Origin: Aureliella sp.
GTDB lineage: Bacteria > Planctomycetota > Planctomycetia > Pirellulales > Pirellulaceae
Direction: 5' to 3'
Assembly: GCA_963691875.1 (NCBI GenBank)
Contig: OY829846.1
Location: 256,001-320,000 of the forward strand
Length of the DNA: 64,000 nucleotides
Position numbers and translations under genes: made by a program. Below are positions 30,001-40,165 of this stretch, in pieces. Under the pieces are notes generated by a model. That model did no database searches, was not told where the DNA came from, and saw only the letters and a program-made list of their open reading frames with translations. The stretch's first letter is position 1. The number at the start of each line of letters is the position of its first letter.

Positions 30001-30606
30001 AAACAGGTTTCTAGCGGCAAGGTTGAATCGGGCTTGGTGTCGACCATCGATATTCTGCCCACGGTGCTTCGTGCGGCCAGCCTTCCGATTCCGCCAGAGT
30101 TGCCGGGAATGTCGCTACAGGATCTCGACGCTGGCAGGCGAGCTCCGCGAAAGTACATTCATACGTTTACGACCGGATCTTCACCCAACCTTCTGTACAC
30201 GCAATTCGGAATCCGCGATGAGCGGTTCAAGTTGGTTTACAACCCAGATCGCGCGCTCAATCGATTGGCTCTTTCGCGATACAAAAACAGCAACTTGCCG
30301 GAAGACCAGCAAGTCCAAGCGTTTCTACACCCGCCAGAGTACGAGCTGTTTGACCTCAATGAAGATCCGTATGAGTGGAAGAACCTCGCGGAAAGCGACG
30401 GGCATCAGCAAACTCGCAAGCGTTTGCTCGGAGCGATGAAGGCGTTTCAGAGCGAGATCAAAGATCCATTCTTAGAAGAATCGAACCTTGATAGGTTCAT
30501 TGCTGAGCAGAAAGAGTACCAAAACAAGACTTACAAGAATCCCGGATTTCGGTGGCCGCATCTTGATTTGTTTCAAGCAGCTCAGAGGGCGGGAATTGAG
30601 CAATAA
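24070..30606 (+). pseudogene. Multidomain sulfatase / GH33 sialidase / sialate O-acetylesterase / sulfatase, interrupted by two in-frame TAG codons
   Basis: Three ORF-track entries (24046-26502, 26518-27117, 27178-30606) share one frame, and the gaps translate as coherent sialidase sequence (S*RLGVAMR; ETW*VGTGAFDDTTEAQVVE). Motifs: CNPSR, FRIP plus Asp-boxes, GQSNM/WYQGESN, CSPSR. Confidence 0.88.
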
Positions 30607-30649
30607 TCATTATGGCATCCGCGTTGGTGATTACAGATTGCGTTTCTAG

Positions 30650-30877
30650 TTTGAGGTTGATCGCTACGTCGTATTGCGGACGTTCTGTGCTGAAGACGAA
30701 CTGCGGGAATTGACGGAAAACGTAGATCGGTTCGTCAAGGAAGCTGTACCGAGGCTTTTTCCAGAATCTGTGGTCTACGAGAGCAGAAATCTCGCTTCAA
30801 TGATCAAACAAGTTCAGCAACTCGGACGGCATGATCGTTGGTTCGAGAGTATGCCGTTCACAGCGGATGTCACGTGA
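30650..30877 (+). pseudogene. Possible phytanoyl-CoA dioxygenase (PhyH) family remnant
   Basis: FEVDRYVVLRTFCAEDELRELTENVDRFVKEAVP...VVYE...IKQVQQL resembles a PhyH N-terminus. There is no proper start, and it ends before any HxD motif. Confidence 0.4.
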
Positions 30878-31387
30878 GCAATCGCTAGGACTATTCTCAG
30901 GCTGGGGTATTTTGTGGGAAGCACCGCCAAAATCCGATTGGTGCAAACAAAGGGCAAGATGGTCTTCGTGCCGCAAAAGACGGTTGGATTGCTGCTCTTT
31001 CGACATCGCAGAGTGCCTCTCTCGTTACGCCGAAAATTCGAAGTGGGCAGCTAATTGGACTCGTCGGGTAGAAATGGTTCGCAGGAATTTCAGTGCTTGG
31101 GAAAGTGTTTCTCTTGAGGGGGTAGGAGATCAAAGGGCCAGAGAACGAAAAGGGGCGGTTGCATGATGCCCGTGATACAGATGAGTGACTGCAGCAAATT
31201 GAGCGAACATTGCAAAAATTTCTGGGAACGATTGCGGGCAGCAGGCGTCTGTTCTCCCAACATCTGATTTGTCAGATATATTTTCGTGAAAGTGTGGCAA
31301 TCGCATCGCAAAAGAGATCTTGGAGCCAATGCTCGGTGGCATCACGCTCAACGACAGACCCAGCAACTCTTCGTCAAGGAAGTTTCC

Positions 31388-34300
31388 ATGTTTCGCTACG
31401 TCTCCGTTTCCCCGCGATTTTGGGCTCCAGTGCTCATCCTCGTCTTCTCGGGAGTCGCTGTCACGGCGACGCTGCAAGAAACCGATCCCAACAAGCTCTT
31501 TGAGAAAGCAAAGTCAGAGCAAACCGATGGGAATTATCAGGATGCGGCGAAGATTTACCGCCGCTTAATTGATAGCGCCGAAACATCCGAATACATCGTC
31601 GCAGAGTCCTTGCCTCGCATTCAGCAGTGTTATCGTTCTCTGCGGACAGAATCCGAGCTAGATGCGACACTTGAGTCGGCAACGACTACCCACGTCAAGA
31701 AGCCTAGGGTGCTGGTAGCTGCCGGATCGGTCATCATGAGCGCGTCGCACTATGGAGTAGTTGCAGACAGTAAGTTCACGCGAGGCTACAATCCGCGGCG
31801 CCGCGTTTCGGGGGCTTCGCTAAACTGCGCTGAACAAGATCGGCAGCGCGCTATTAACTGGACGTTGCAGGCTATCTCACTGGCAAAGAAAAAGGACCGG
31901 TCACCGAGATGGTATTTGATCTTGGCCAACTATCTTTCCTATAGCCGTAGTGGGACCATGGCGTGGCGTCTTCAGTCGCTCACCGATTTGGATGAAATTC
32001 CGAACTATACGGAGCTCGGTCAACAGCAAACGTTTTCGCAAATACGAGCTCCGGTCGACGCAGATGGTGAGCCGGTGCTCTACCGGGACATTAAGAAGTT
32101 TGCGAACGCGAAGTCAGATGGCCAGCGATATCGCTGGGCCCTCGAACGGGCGATGGAGTCTGAGGAGTCGCGTGCAGACGCCATGCTGACCTGGTCTCGA
32201 TTTCTGACCAGTCAGTTCTCCGTCAGTACACTAAGTCCTACATGGGGCATCACGACGTCAGGTGATGAGAAGTCCGCGATTGCCAAGATTCACAAACTGA
32301 AGGACTCGCAAACCATCGCCAAGTTAGCAATTGGCGTGAAAGAACTCGAGCTGCCCGAAGAATTTAATCTCATCTCGGTTCTTCGCAAAGTGATTGAAGA
32401 GAACGAGTCAGGCAGTGCAAGGAAATCTGCCGTTCGTGACCTCGCGAATATCTATTTCAATCGTCGGCAGTATCCAGCAGCGGTCGCAGTGATGCGTCTG
32501 GAGCCAACCGCATACCCAAACTATCAACAAGAAATCGACGCAATCATCGGGCCGCAACTCGCGTTTGATCCAGTTGAAGCAAAAGTGGCTGGTGAAGAAG
32601 CAAAGCTTTCCTTCCTGTTTCGTAACGCCAAGAACGTGACCTTCTCTGCGCAGCCAGTCGACATGGAGAAGTTGATCAGCGAGCTAAAGGACTACTATCG
32701 AAACCTGCGGAGCGATCGACAAGGTGAATTTGGCGCATTCAGATCTGGAGGCCCAGCCAATCTCGACTATTTGAATGGCTATTTCACCCGAGACAGTTAT
32801 GACATCACGAACTATTTGATCGGCAATTCCGAAACATGGGAACAAGAGCTTGAGCCCCGAGCCAACCATTGGGATAAGCGGATTCAAGTCGCTTTACCTC
32901 AAACCAATGCAGGGACCTATTTGGTAGAAGCCTCGGCCGAAATGGTCGTCGATGACCGAAAGTTAACGCACCGTGCACGCATCTTGGTGACCTTGCAGGA
33001 TTCCATGTTGGTTCGTCATCGCACTGAGAAAGAAACTATCTTCCGCGCTGTAGACGCGAACAGCGGTGAGTCGTTAGGCAATATTGATGTGGAGTTCTTT
33101 GGCTATCGCTGGGAAGACGGCAGGAAGAATCCTCGCCGAACTTTATCGCGAAACATGGCAAAGAAAACCAACGCATCAGGTGAAGTGAAGATCGATCTCG
33201 AAAAGCGATTTCAGTGGCTGGCTATCGCACGACGTGATGGAAAGCTGAGTCTGCTGAACTTTGAGAACTTCTACAACTACGGCAGGATCATTAGGAGCTA
33301 CCGAGCAGGAAAGGCCTACGGGATTGCAGAGCGTCCGGTGTACCGCCCTGGTGAGAAAGTGCGGACGAAATTTTGGATGGCCTACACCACTTATGGAGAT
33401 GAATCTGAGCCCCGTCTGGCCAATCAGCAGTTCCGTATTCGTGTCAATGATGGTCGTGGAAACAAGGTGCACGAACAACTGGTGAAGACGGATGCTTACG
33501 GTGGGGCAGAGGTTGCCTTTGATATTCCCAAGTCGGCGTCGCTCGGCCGATACAGCTTTACTGTTGTTCAGCCCACCGGAGTTCGAGCAGCTCCCAATCA
33601 GCGACGTGCGGGCGGAGGATTTGGCTCTAGCGGCCCTCCAGTAAGAACAGGCGACGTTCCTTTGCAATGTTCCCTGGCCCTACGCGTTGAAGAGTACCGC
33701 AAGCCAGAATTCGAGGTCAACGTCCTTGCTCCTTCGAAACCTGTGTCGTTGGGCAAAACAGTGGAAGCACGCGTTCAAGCCAAGTATCTCTTTGGTGCAC
33801 CGGTTGCCGGGACGGCAGAGATCAAAGTGGAAAGAAGCAAGCATACGGATAGCTATTTCCCATCGCGGCCTTACGACTGGTGCTATGGTCCTGGCTACTG
33901 GTGGTTCAATGAAGTCTACGATTGGTACCCCGGATTTCGCGGGTGGTGCGGGTGCTTTCCGATTGGTGGGCCTGGATTTGGCCCGGGGCGTGGCGGTTGG
34001 TTCGGTTCCGAGCCCCCCGAGTTGGTCTTGGAGCAAATGGTCGAGTTAGATGCTTTGGGTGAAGCTGTAATCGAAATCGATACAGCCTTGGCGAAAGCAG
34101 CCTTTGGAGACGAACATGATCATCGCTACTCGATTTCCGTCGTGGTACGAGATAGCTCACGTCGCTCGATCGTCGGAAGCGGTTCTGTGGTTGCGGCTAG
34201 AACGCCCTTCAAGGTCTATACATGGACCAATCGCGGCTATTACAACACTGGCGACCGCATTGTGGTCAACTATCAAGCAAGACAACTGGACGGCTCGCCG

Positions 34301-37300
34301 GTAAAGGCGGAAGGTAGACTGGACATCTTGCAATTGAGCTACGACGCAGATGGCAAGCCCAATGAACGTGTCATCGCAACGCTTCCAGCCAAGACCGATG
34401 AGCAAGGACGCGGTGTGGCTGATCTGATGGCTCGAACGGCCGGGCAGTATCGACTGAGATTTCGACTGGAGTCTGGAGACTCAGGCGAGGTAGAAGGTGG
34501 CTACATCTACACGGTTCGCGGAGTTGGGGTGCGGGGAGACGATTTCCGATTCGCAGAACTCGAGATTACACCTGATAAACCCGAGTATGCTCCAGGTGAC
34601 GTTGCAAAGGTTCAGATCGCGTCCAACAAAAGCGATGCAATCGTTGCCCTCTTTGTCCGTCCCATCTCTGGTGTTTACACGGAACCTCAATATGTGCAGC
34701 TGAAGAATAAGACGGCGATTGTAGAGATTCCAATCACAAACGATGACCAACCCAACTTTCATGTGGAGGCCTACACGGTCTACGATGGTGAGTACCATCA
34801 GCGGATGAAGGAGATTGTGGTACCACCGGAAGACCGAGTCCTTCAATTGACCATGAAGGCTGACAAGGAACAATACCTGCCTGGCGAAGAGGCGTCAGTC
34901 GAGTTGACGGTGAAAGACCCGTCCGGCAAACCAGTTGAAGGAAGTGTGGTAATTTCTGCATATGACCGAGCTTTGGAGCTTGTTTCACCGGATACGGTTC
35001 CGCGAGATATTCGCGAATTCTTCTGGAAGTGGCGACGCAATCACTACCTGTCCGGTCGTGCTAGTTCAACGAATTGGGCTCAGCCCTGCCGAATCGATCG
35101 CATACGCCAGTTTCGGCCACTAGGTGTGTTTGGCAGTACATTGGCCGACGACTTTGACCTGCTCGAGGGACTCGTTCCAGCCGGCCGGCTGGCAATGAAT
35201 CGACGAGGTGGCATGCGTGCCTTGAGCGGGCCGATGGGTGGTGCTGGCTTCGGCATGGGGGGCGGCAATGTGTTAGAGATGGCCGACAGCGCGGAGGGTA
35301 GCGCGGAGGGTAACGCGATGCCTGGAGCCCCAATGGGGGAGGCTTCAAGTGGGCTCGGTCTCATGGCGAAGAGCAGTGCACGGACACGATCGCAAGGTCC
35401 TGGAGCCGGTAATGGTGGGGTGCAGCCGCCGCAAATTCGCAAGGACTTCGCCGACAGCGCGATCTGGTTGGCGAGTCTTAAGACGGATGCTGAAGGTAAG
35501 GCTGAAGCAACCTTCAAAATGCCGGAGAACTTGACCGGCTGGAAACTGCGTAGCTGGGCGATGGGCGATAACACTCGTGTCGGTTCGGCAAGTACCGAAG
35601 CTGTTACGAAGAAGCCATTGTTAGTACGACTTCAGACTCCGCGTTTTCTAGTTGAACGTGATGAAGTCGTAGTGAGTTCGATCGTTCACAACGATACCAA
35701 AGAGACTCGCAAGATTCGTGTGTCGCTCGAGATCGTCGGACAAACACAACTCGAGCTAATGGAAGGTCAGCTTCCTGAACAAGTTGTTGCAGTCAAGCCA
35801 TTTGAACAGGCCCGGGTGGATTGGCGCTGCCAAGCTTTGGCAAGTGGCGATGTGAAGCTTCGCACTTATGCGGTCGGTGGTGATGCTTCCGACGCAATGG
35901 AACTAAGCGTGCCCATCGTAGTCTACGGCGCGATGAAAACGGATTCCTGGGCGGGTACTGTTCGCGATGGTCAGGCGAATACTGAGTTTCAGATCATGAT
36001 CCCAGTTGAGCGGCGTGCGGAGCATTCGTTGCTTACCGTTCGTCTAAGTCCATCTTTGGCGGGCGCCATGCTCGATTCCCTACCCTACCTCGCAGCTTAC
36101 CCATACGGTTGCACAGAGCAAACGCTCAATCGATTTCTGCCAGCTGTGCTAACACAACGCGTGCTTCAAGACATGAACCTGGATCTCGAATCCATCGGCG
36201 GACGGCGGAATAACTTGAATGCTCAGGAACTTGGCGACGCTGCAGAAAGGAAGCGGAGATGGGGATCCAACCCTATCTTTGAGAAAGGCAAGGTTGACGA
36301 GATGGTCGAAGCTGGCGTGAATCGCTTAGTCGATATGCAGAATCAAGACGGTGGATGGGGCTGGTTCTCAGGTACTGGTTCTCGCTCGTCCGCTCACCTG
36401 ACTTCACAAGTCGTACGTGGTTTGCTGGTGGCGAGGAGCAACAATGTTGCGATTCCTGCAGACGTAATTCCGCGGGGTACTACGTGGCTTAAGAACTATC
36501 AGCAGCAGGAGCTTCAGAAGCTGAAGAACTGGGATTCGGATACCGATCCCCGGAAACATCATGTGGATAACATGGACGCTTTGGTATTCCATGTTCTGAC
36601 GCTTTTTGGCGAGCTTAATGATGAAATGAAGAAGTTTCTCTACGAGGATCGAACGCATTTAAGCGTCTACGGGAAATGCTTGTTCGCACTGGCGACGCAT
36701 CAGCTGGAAGACGCCGAGATGACGAACATGCTGAAACGCAATATCGAGCAGTTCTTGGAAGTCGACGAAGAGAATGAAACGGCGTTGTTGACCGATCAGA
36801 CTAACTGGTGGTACTGGTACGGAAGCTCAATCGAGTCCACAGCAATGTACCTAAAGTTGCTGACGAAGACTGATCCTGATTCGATCACTGCTCCTCGCTT
36901 GGTGAAGTACTTGCTGAATAATCGCAAACACGCGACTTACTGGAACAGCACTCGAGATACGGCCCTTGTCGTCGAAGCTTTTGCGGACTACCTGGATACT
37001 TCCGAGGAAATAAGTGCGGAATCTCAGGTAGATGTTCTGCTAGATGGTAAGTTGATCGGCAGCATCGAGTTTACGAAAGAGAATCTGTTCGATGTCAACA
37101 ATACGATTCAAATTGCGGGCGATGCGATTCCGAGTGGTGAACATCAGTTGACCATTCGAAGGCGTGGCAAAGGCAACATGTATTGGAACGTATATGCTCG
37201 CAACTTTACTCGGGAGCAAGAGATTGAAAAAGCTGGCTTGGAAGTCAAAGTTGAACGTCGATACTACTTACTGGAGCCTTCGAAGGAAGAATTGCAGCTT

Positions 37301-37714
37301 GCTGGCAAGGATGGTCGAGTTGTCGAGGCGAAGGGCGATAAGCAGCTTCGCGTTCAGCTCGATGAGGAAGTAGAGGTTCCAAGCGGGCGAATGATTGAAG
37401 TCGAATTGCTGATTGAAAGCAAGAATGATTACGAGTACTTGTTGGTCGAAGACAAGAAGCCAGCAGGTTTGGAACCAGTCGATTCGCAGAGTGGTTACTT
37501 CTACTCTTCGGGAATTGGCGTTTACCGAGAGTTGCGAGAGAAGCACGTTGGGCTGCTAATTGAACGCTTACCGCGTGGGAGATTCTCGGTGCGTTATCAG
37601 ATGCGATCCGAAAGTCCCGGTGCCTTCACCGCATTGCCGGCAACGATCGAAGGCATGTATGCACCTGAGTTGGTCGGCAACTCACGCGACTTTGATTTGA
37701 AGGTTATCGACTAG
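31388..37714 (+). CDS. Bacterial alpha-2-macroglobulin family protein
   Basis: Signal peptide (ATG 31388, AAGGA RBS); ERPVYRPGE; VEEYRKPEFEV; IRKDFADSAIW; MPENLTGW; thioester motif YPYGCTEQ; QNQDGGWGW; GMYAPE. Confidence 0.95.
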   Translation: MFRYVSVSPRFWAPVLILVFSGVAVTATLQETDPNKLFEKAKSEQTDGNYQDAAKIYRRLIDSAETSEYIVAESLPRIQQCYRSLRTESELDATLESATTTHVKKPRVLVAAGSVIMSASHYGVVADSKFTRGYNPRRRVSGASLNCAEQDRQRAINWTLQAISLAKKKDRSPRWYLILANYLSYSRSGTMAWRLQSLTDLDEIPNYTELGQQQTFSQIRAPVDADGEPVLYRDIKKFANAKSDGQRYRWALERAMESEESRADAMLTWSRFLTSQFSVSTLSPTWGITTSGDEKSAIAKIHKLKDSQTIAKLAIGVKELELPEEFNLISVLRKVIEENESGSARKSAVRDLANIYFNRRQYPAAVAVMRLEPTAYPNYQQEIDAIIGPQLAFDPVEAKVAGEEAKLSFLFRNAKNVTFSAQPVDMEKLISELKDYYRNLRSDRQGEFGAFRSGGPANLDYLNGYFTRDSYDITNYLIGNSETWEQELEPRANHWDKRIQVALPQTNAGTYLVEASAEMVVDDRKLTHRARILVTLQDSMLVRHRTEKETIFRAVDANSGESLGNIDVEFFGYRWEDGRKNPRRTLSRNMAKKTNASGEVKIDLEKRFQWLAIARRDGKLSLLNFENFYNYGRIIRSYRAGKAYGIAERPVYRPGEKVRTKFWMAYTTYGDESEPRLANQQFRIRVNDGRGNKVHEQLVKTDAYGGAEVAFDIPKSASLGRYSFTVVQPTGVRAAPNQRRAGGGFGSSGPPVRTGDVPLQCSLALRVEEYRKPEFEVNVLAPSKPVSLGKTVEARVQAKYLFGAPVAGTAEIKVERSKHTDSYFPSRPYDWCYGPGYWWFNEVYDWYPGFRGWCGCFPIGGPGFGPGRGGWFGSEPPELVLEQMVELDALGEAVIEIDTALAKAAFGDEHDHRYSISVVVRDSSRRSIVGSGSVVAARTPFKVYTWTNRGYYNTGDRIVVNYQARQLDGSPVKAEGRLDILQLSYDADGKPNERVIATLPAKTDEQGRGVADLMARTAGQYRLRFRLESGDSGEVEGGYIYTVRGVGVRGDDFRFAELEITPDKPEYAPGDVAKVQIASNKSDAIVALFVRPISGVYTEPQYVQLKNKTAIVEIPITNDDQPNFHVEAYTVYDGEYHQRMKEIVVPPEDRVLQLTMKADKEQYLPGEEASVELTVKDPSGKPVEGSVVISAYDRALELVSPDTVPRDIREFFWKWRRNHYLSGRASSTNWAQPCRIDRIRQFRPLGVFGSTLADDFDLLEGLVPAGRLAMNRRGGMRALSGPMGGAGFGMGGGNVLEMADSAEGSAEGNAMPGAPMGEASSGLGLMAKSSARTRSQGPGAGNGGVQPPQIRKDFADSAIWLASLKTDAEGKAEATFKMPENLTGWKLRSWAMGDNTRVGSASTEAVTKKPLLVRLQTPRFLVERDEVVVSSIVHNDTKETRKIRVSLEIVGQTQLELMEGQLPEQVVAVKPFEQARVDWRCQALASGDVKLRTYAVGGDASDAMELSVPIVVYGAMKTDSWAGTVRDGQANTEFQIMIPVERRAEHSLLTVRLSPSLAGAMLDSLPYLAAYPYGCTEQTLNRFLPAVLTQRVLQDMNLDLESIGGRRNNLNAQELGDAAERKRRWGSNPIFEKGKVDEMVEAGVNRLVDMQNQDGGWGWFSGTGSRSSAHLTSQVVRGLLVARSNNVAIPADVIPRGTTWLKNYQQQELQKLKNWDSDTDPRKHHVDNMDALVFHVLTLFGELNDEMKKFLYEDRTHLSVYGKCLFALATHQLEDAEMTNMLKRNIEQFLEVDEENETALLTDQTNWWYWYGSSIESTAMYLKLLTKTDPDSITAPRLVKYLLNNRKHATYWNSTRDTALVVEAFADYLDTSEEISAESQVDVLLDGKLIGSIEFTKENLFDVNNTIQIAGDAIPSGEHQLTIRRRGKGNMYWNVYARNFTREQEIEKAGLEVKVERRYYLLEPSKEELQLAGKDGRVVEAKGDKQLRVQLDEEVEVPSGRMIEVELLIESKNDYEYLLVEDKKPAGLEPVDSQSGYFYSSGIGVYRELREKHVGLLIERLPRGRFSVRYQMRSESPGAFTALPATIEGMYAPELVGNSRDFDLKVID

Positions 37715-37741
37715 CGATTAGTAACTGCCGCCAAAAACCTA

Positions 37742-37761
37742 TTGGGATTCGCCAGAATTCC
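37742..37761. repeat. Short dispersed intergenic repeat (inverted copy at 40972-40994)
   Basis: GGATTCGCCAGAATTCC is a near reverse-complement match to GGCATTCTGGCGAAGTCC at 40972. Confidence 0.5.
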
Positions 37762-37987
37762 TTGACTGAACCATAGTCGGGGCTAACTGTTTCTGCGTTA
37801 GCCGCGGCTCTAGGCAGTTGGCAGCGTGAATGTAGGCGATCAAGATGAATCGAGTGTAAAACGGAGGTGTAGCGGCTTTTTCGCATAAGCCAAAAACCGG
37901 CCGTAGAAGCGGGTCTAACGTTCCGTCTGAAAATTCAATGAGCGGCTACTGCAAAGCGAGGAATTCTTCTGTGCCTAACTACTGCAG

Positions 37988-39010
37988 TTAGCAAAGGGCT
38001 TCTCGAGGGGGCTCTGGTGGCACAAATTGGCAGCCGCCAATGATCGGGTGGCCGCGAAGGAATTCCTTCGTGTCCATTTCTCGTTTGCCCGCTGGCTGGA
38101 CAAGACCAATCAGAAAAATGCCCTCACTTGTTCCAACGGCGATGGTTTCTTTCCAAGAGCCGTCACCGGCCATCCCAAGTTCCTCCGCCGTGACTTGTCT
38201 CGCTTGCCCAGGTTCAAGCTGGATGGTTCTGCCCGCAACAGCTCGTGCTCGTCGAACGATCAGTCGCAATTTCTTCTTGCCATCAGGCCACTCGAGTTCC
38301 GCAAAAGTGCCTGGCCATGGCTGGCAGGCTTGGACCAAACGTACGAGATAATCGGCGGGCAAGCGAAAGTCCAAGGCTCCATCGGCTTTGCTGAAACGAG
38401 GAGCACGAGTCACAAGAGTCTTATCTTGGATTTCGCCGATCTCGCTCGCACCATCCCAATCGCTAAGCATTGCTACGGCATCTACTGTTGCTTGAACGCC
38501 CAGTTCTGCCAAACGCGGCTCGAGTTCCGCTGCGGTTTCGCCTGGTACGATGGGGGTTCGAGCGACTTGCAAGGCAGGTCCAGCATCCAGACGAGGTGTC
38601 ATATGGATGACAGTCACGCCCGCCTCCGCATCTCCCCGCAGAAGACTCCATTGCACCGGTGCAGCCCCACGGTGCCTGGGAAGGATCGAGCCGTGAAGAT
38701 TGATTCCGCCTAGCTTTGCTGCTTTCAGGCAGTCGTTTGAGAGAATCTGGCCATAGTCGCAAACGAAGAACAGATCAGCTTGGTGCCGGGACAAGGTTTT
38801 TATGGCTTCAGCATCGTTGATCGAAGCGGGTTCAAAGATTTCTAAGCCGTTATCCCGAGCCCAATCATACACCGGCCGTGGCGGAAGCTTTCTGGGTTTT
38901 GGTTCGGGAAGTGGTCGCGTTACCAATAGAGGAATTTCGTGACCGTCGTCGAGCAGCCTTTGTGCTGTCGGAACTGCAAAAGGTCCGGTGCCCATTACGA
39001 CTATTTTCAT
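37988..39010 (-). CDS. fmt: Methionyl-tRNA formyltransferase
   Basis: MGTGPFAVP; DYGQIL; INLHGSILPRHRGAAPVQW; LDAGP; VQPAGKREM. Confidence 0.96.
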   Translation of the reverse strand: MKIVVMGTGPFAVPTAQRLLDDGHEIPLLVTRPLPEPKPRKLPPRPVYDWARDNGLEIFEPASINDAEAIKTLSRHQADLFFVCDYGQILSNDCLKAAKLGGINLHGSILPRHRGAAPVQWSLLRGDAEAGVTVIHMTPRLDAGPALQVARTPIVPGETAAELEPRLAELGVQATVDAVAMLSDWDGASEIGEIQDKTLVTRAPRFSKADGALDFRLPADYLVRLVQACQPWPGTFAELEWPDGKKKLRLIVRRARAVAGRTIQLEPGQARQVTAEELGMAGDGSWKETIAVGTSEGIFLIGLVQPAGKREMDTKEFLRGHPIIGGCQFVPPEPPREALC

Positions 39011-39138
39011 TGGAATCCTTTCGGTGGATCGTTGCGAAACCGCGCTGCAAGAACCTCTCGAGACTCAACCGCTCACGCGTCGTGCTTGTATTGGTGCTGC
39101 CACTCATGTGGTTTGGTCTTGTAAGCTAGGTAGGAAAG

Positions 39139-39936
39139 CTACGCCAGGTCTTCGCTTCGTTCGGTACAAGTTGCCACGGCTTCTATGAAGGCGCTGCGCA
39201 CCGCGCCGGCTTCCAGCTCACGAAGGGCGGCAATTGTTGTACCACCAGGGCTGGTGACTTGGTCTTTCAGTGCACCTGGATGCAACCCCGTCTCAATAAC
39301 CATCTTGGCAGCGCCGAGCACCGCTTGTGCGGACATTCGGATAGCAACGTCGCGTGGCAGCCCTTGAGCCACGCCGCCGTCACTTAATGCTTCGATAACC
39401 ATGTAGATGTAGGCGGGACTCGATCCAGCGATCCCTGTAAAAGCATGCATCAGGCGATCGGGAATGCTTATGACTTCACCGACTGATTTCATGAAGGTCT
39501 CAACCCAGGTCTGATCAGCCACCGAAGAGTCGGCAGGGCAGGATATCGCTGATGCTGCAGCGTTGACCTGGCAAGGCGTGTTAGGCATGACTCGGATGAC
39601 GCGTTTCGTTCCCAGCATCTCCTGCAGCTGTTTCAGCGAGATTCCAGCTGCAATCGAAATGAGAAGGTTGTCTTCAGAGAAACATTCAGCGAAGACGCTC
39701 GCCTGTTCTTTGAGTATGTGGGGTTTTACGGCTAGGAAGATTGGTTCACAGCTGGCCGCCAAATCCGAAGCCTGGTCAACAAATTTCGCTTCCGGGATTT
39801 TCTCAGTTAGTTTTTCACGTTGGGCGCGGAATGGCTCGGCGAAGATAATTTCTTCTGCACTGCAGATGCCAGCTGCGATGGCCCCCTTAGCCAGTGCGGT
39901 CGCCATCTGGCCGCCACCTACAAATCCAATACTCAC
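39139..39936 (-). CDS. proC: Pyrroline-5-carboxylate reductase
   Basis: IGFVGGGQM; LAVKP; SIAAG; RVMPNTP; GSSPAY; VTSPGGTT. Confidence 0.96.
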   Translation of the reverse strand: MSIGFVGGGQMATALAKGAIAAGICSAEEIIFAEPFRAQREKLTEKIPEAKFVDQASDLAASCEPIFLAVKPHILKEQASVFAECFSEDNLLISIAAGISLKQLQEMLGTKRVIRVMPNTPCQVNAAASAISCPADSSVADQTWVETFMKSVGEVISIPDRLMHAFTGIAGSSPAYIYMVIEALSDGGVAQGLPRDVAIRMSAQAVLGAAKMVIETGLHPGALKDQVTSPGGTTIAALRELEAGAVRSAFIEAVATCTERSEDLA

Positions 39937-40165
39937 TTGATTCTTCTCCTAACGCGTTGCTGTTGAACGCTGCGCGCGGCGACTGGTCTCGCCATGGGCG
40001 AAATGGCAAACTTGTTTGACGCCTCGTCATTCGAACGCAGGACGTTCAATTTCGCAAGCCTATGGCGGAAGCTGAGTCTGAATCTACCAACCTAAGTTCG
40101 TTGTCACGCAGTATTCGCTAGCGCGAAATATACTTTCCATTGGTAGAAGTTACTCTACCGGCTGC

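Noticed and set aside
39963..40049. tRNA gene (cloverleaf-like, contains TTCGAA)
   Set aside because: Arm lengths, loops and conserved D/T-arm bases do not fit a tRNA; kept only as a leader candidate.
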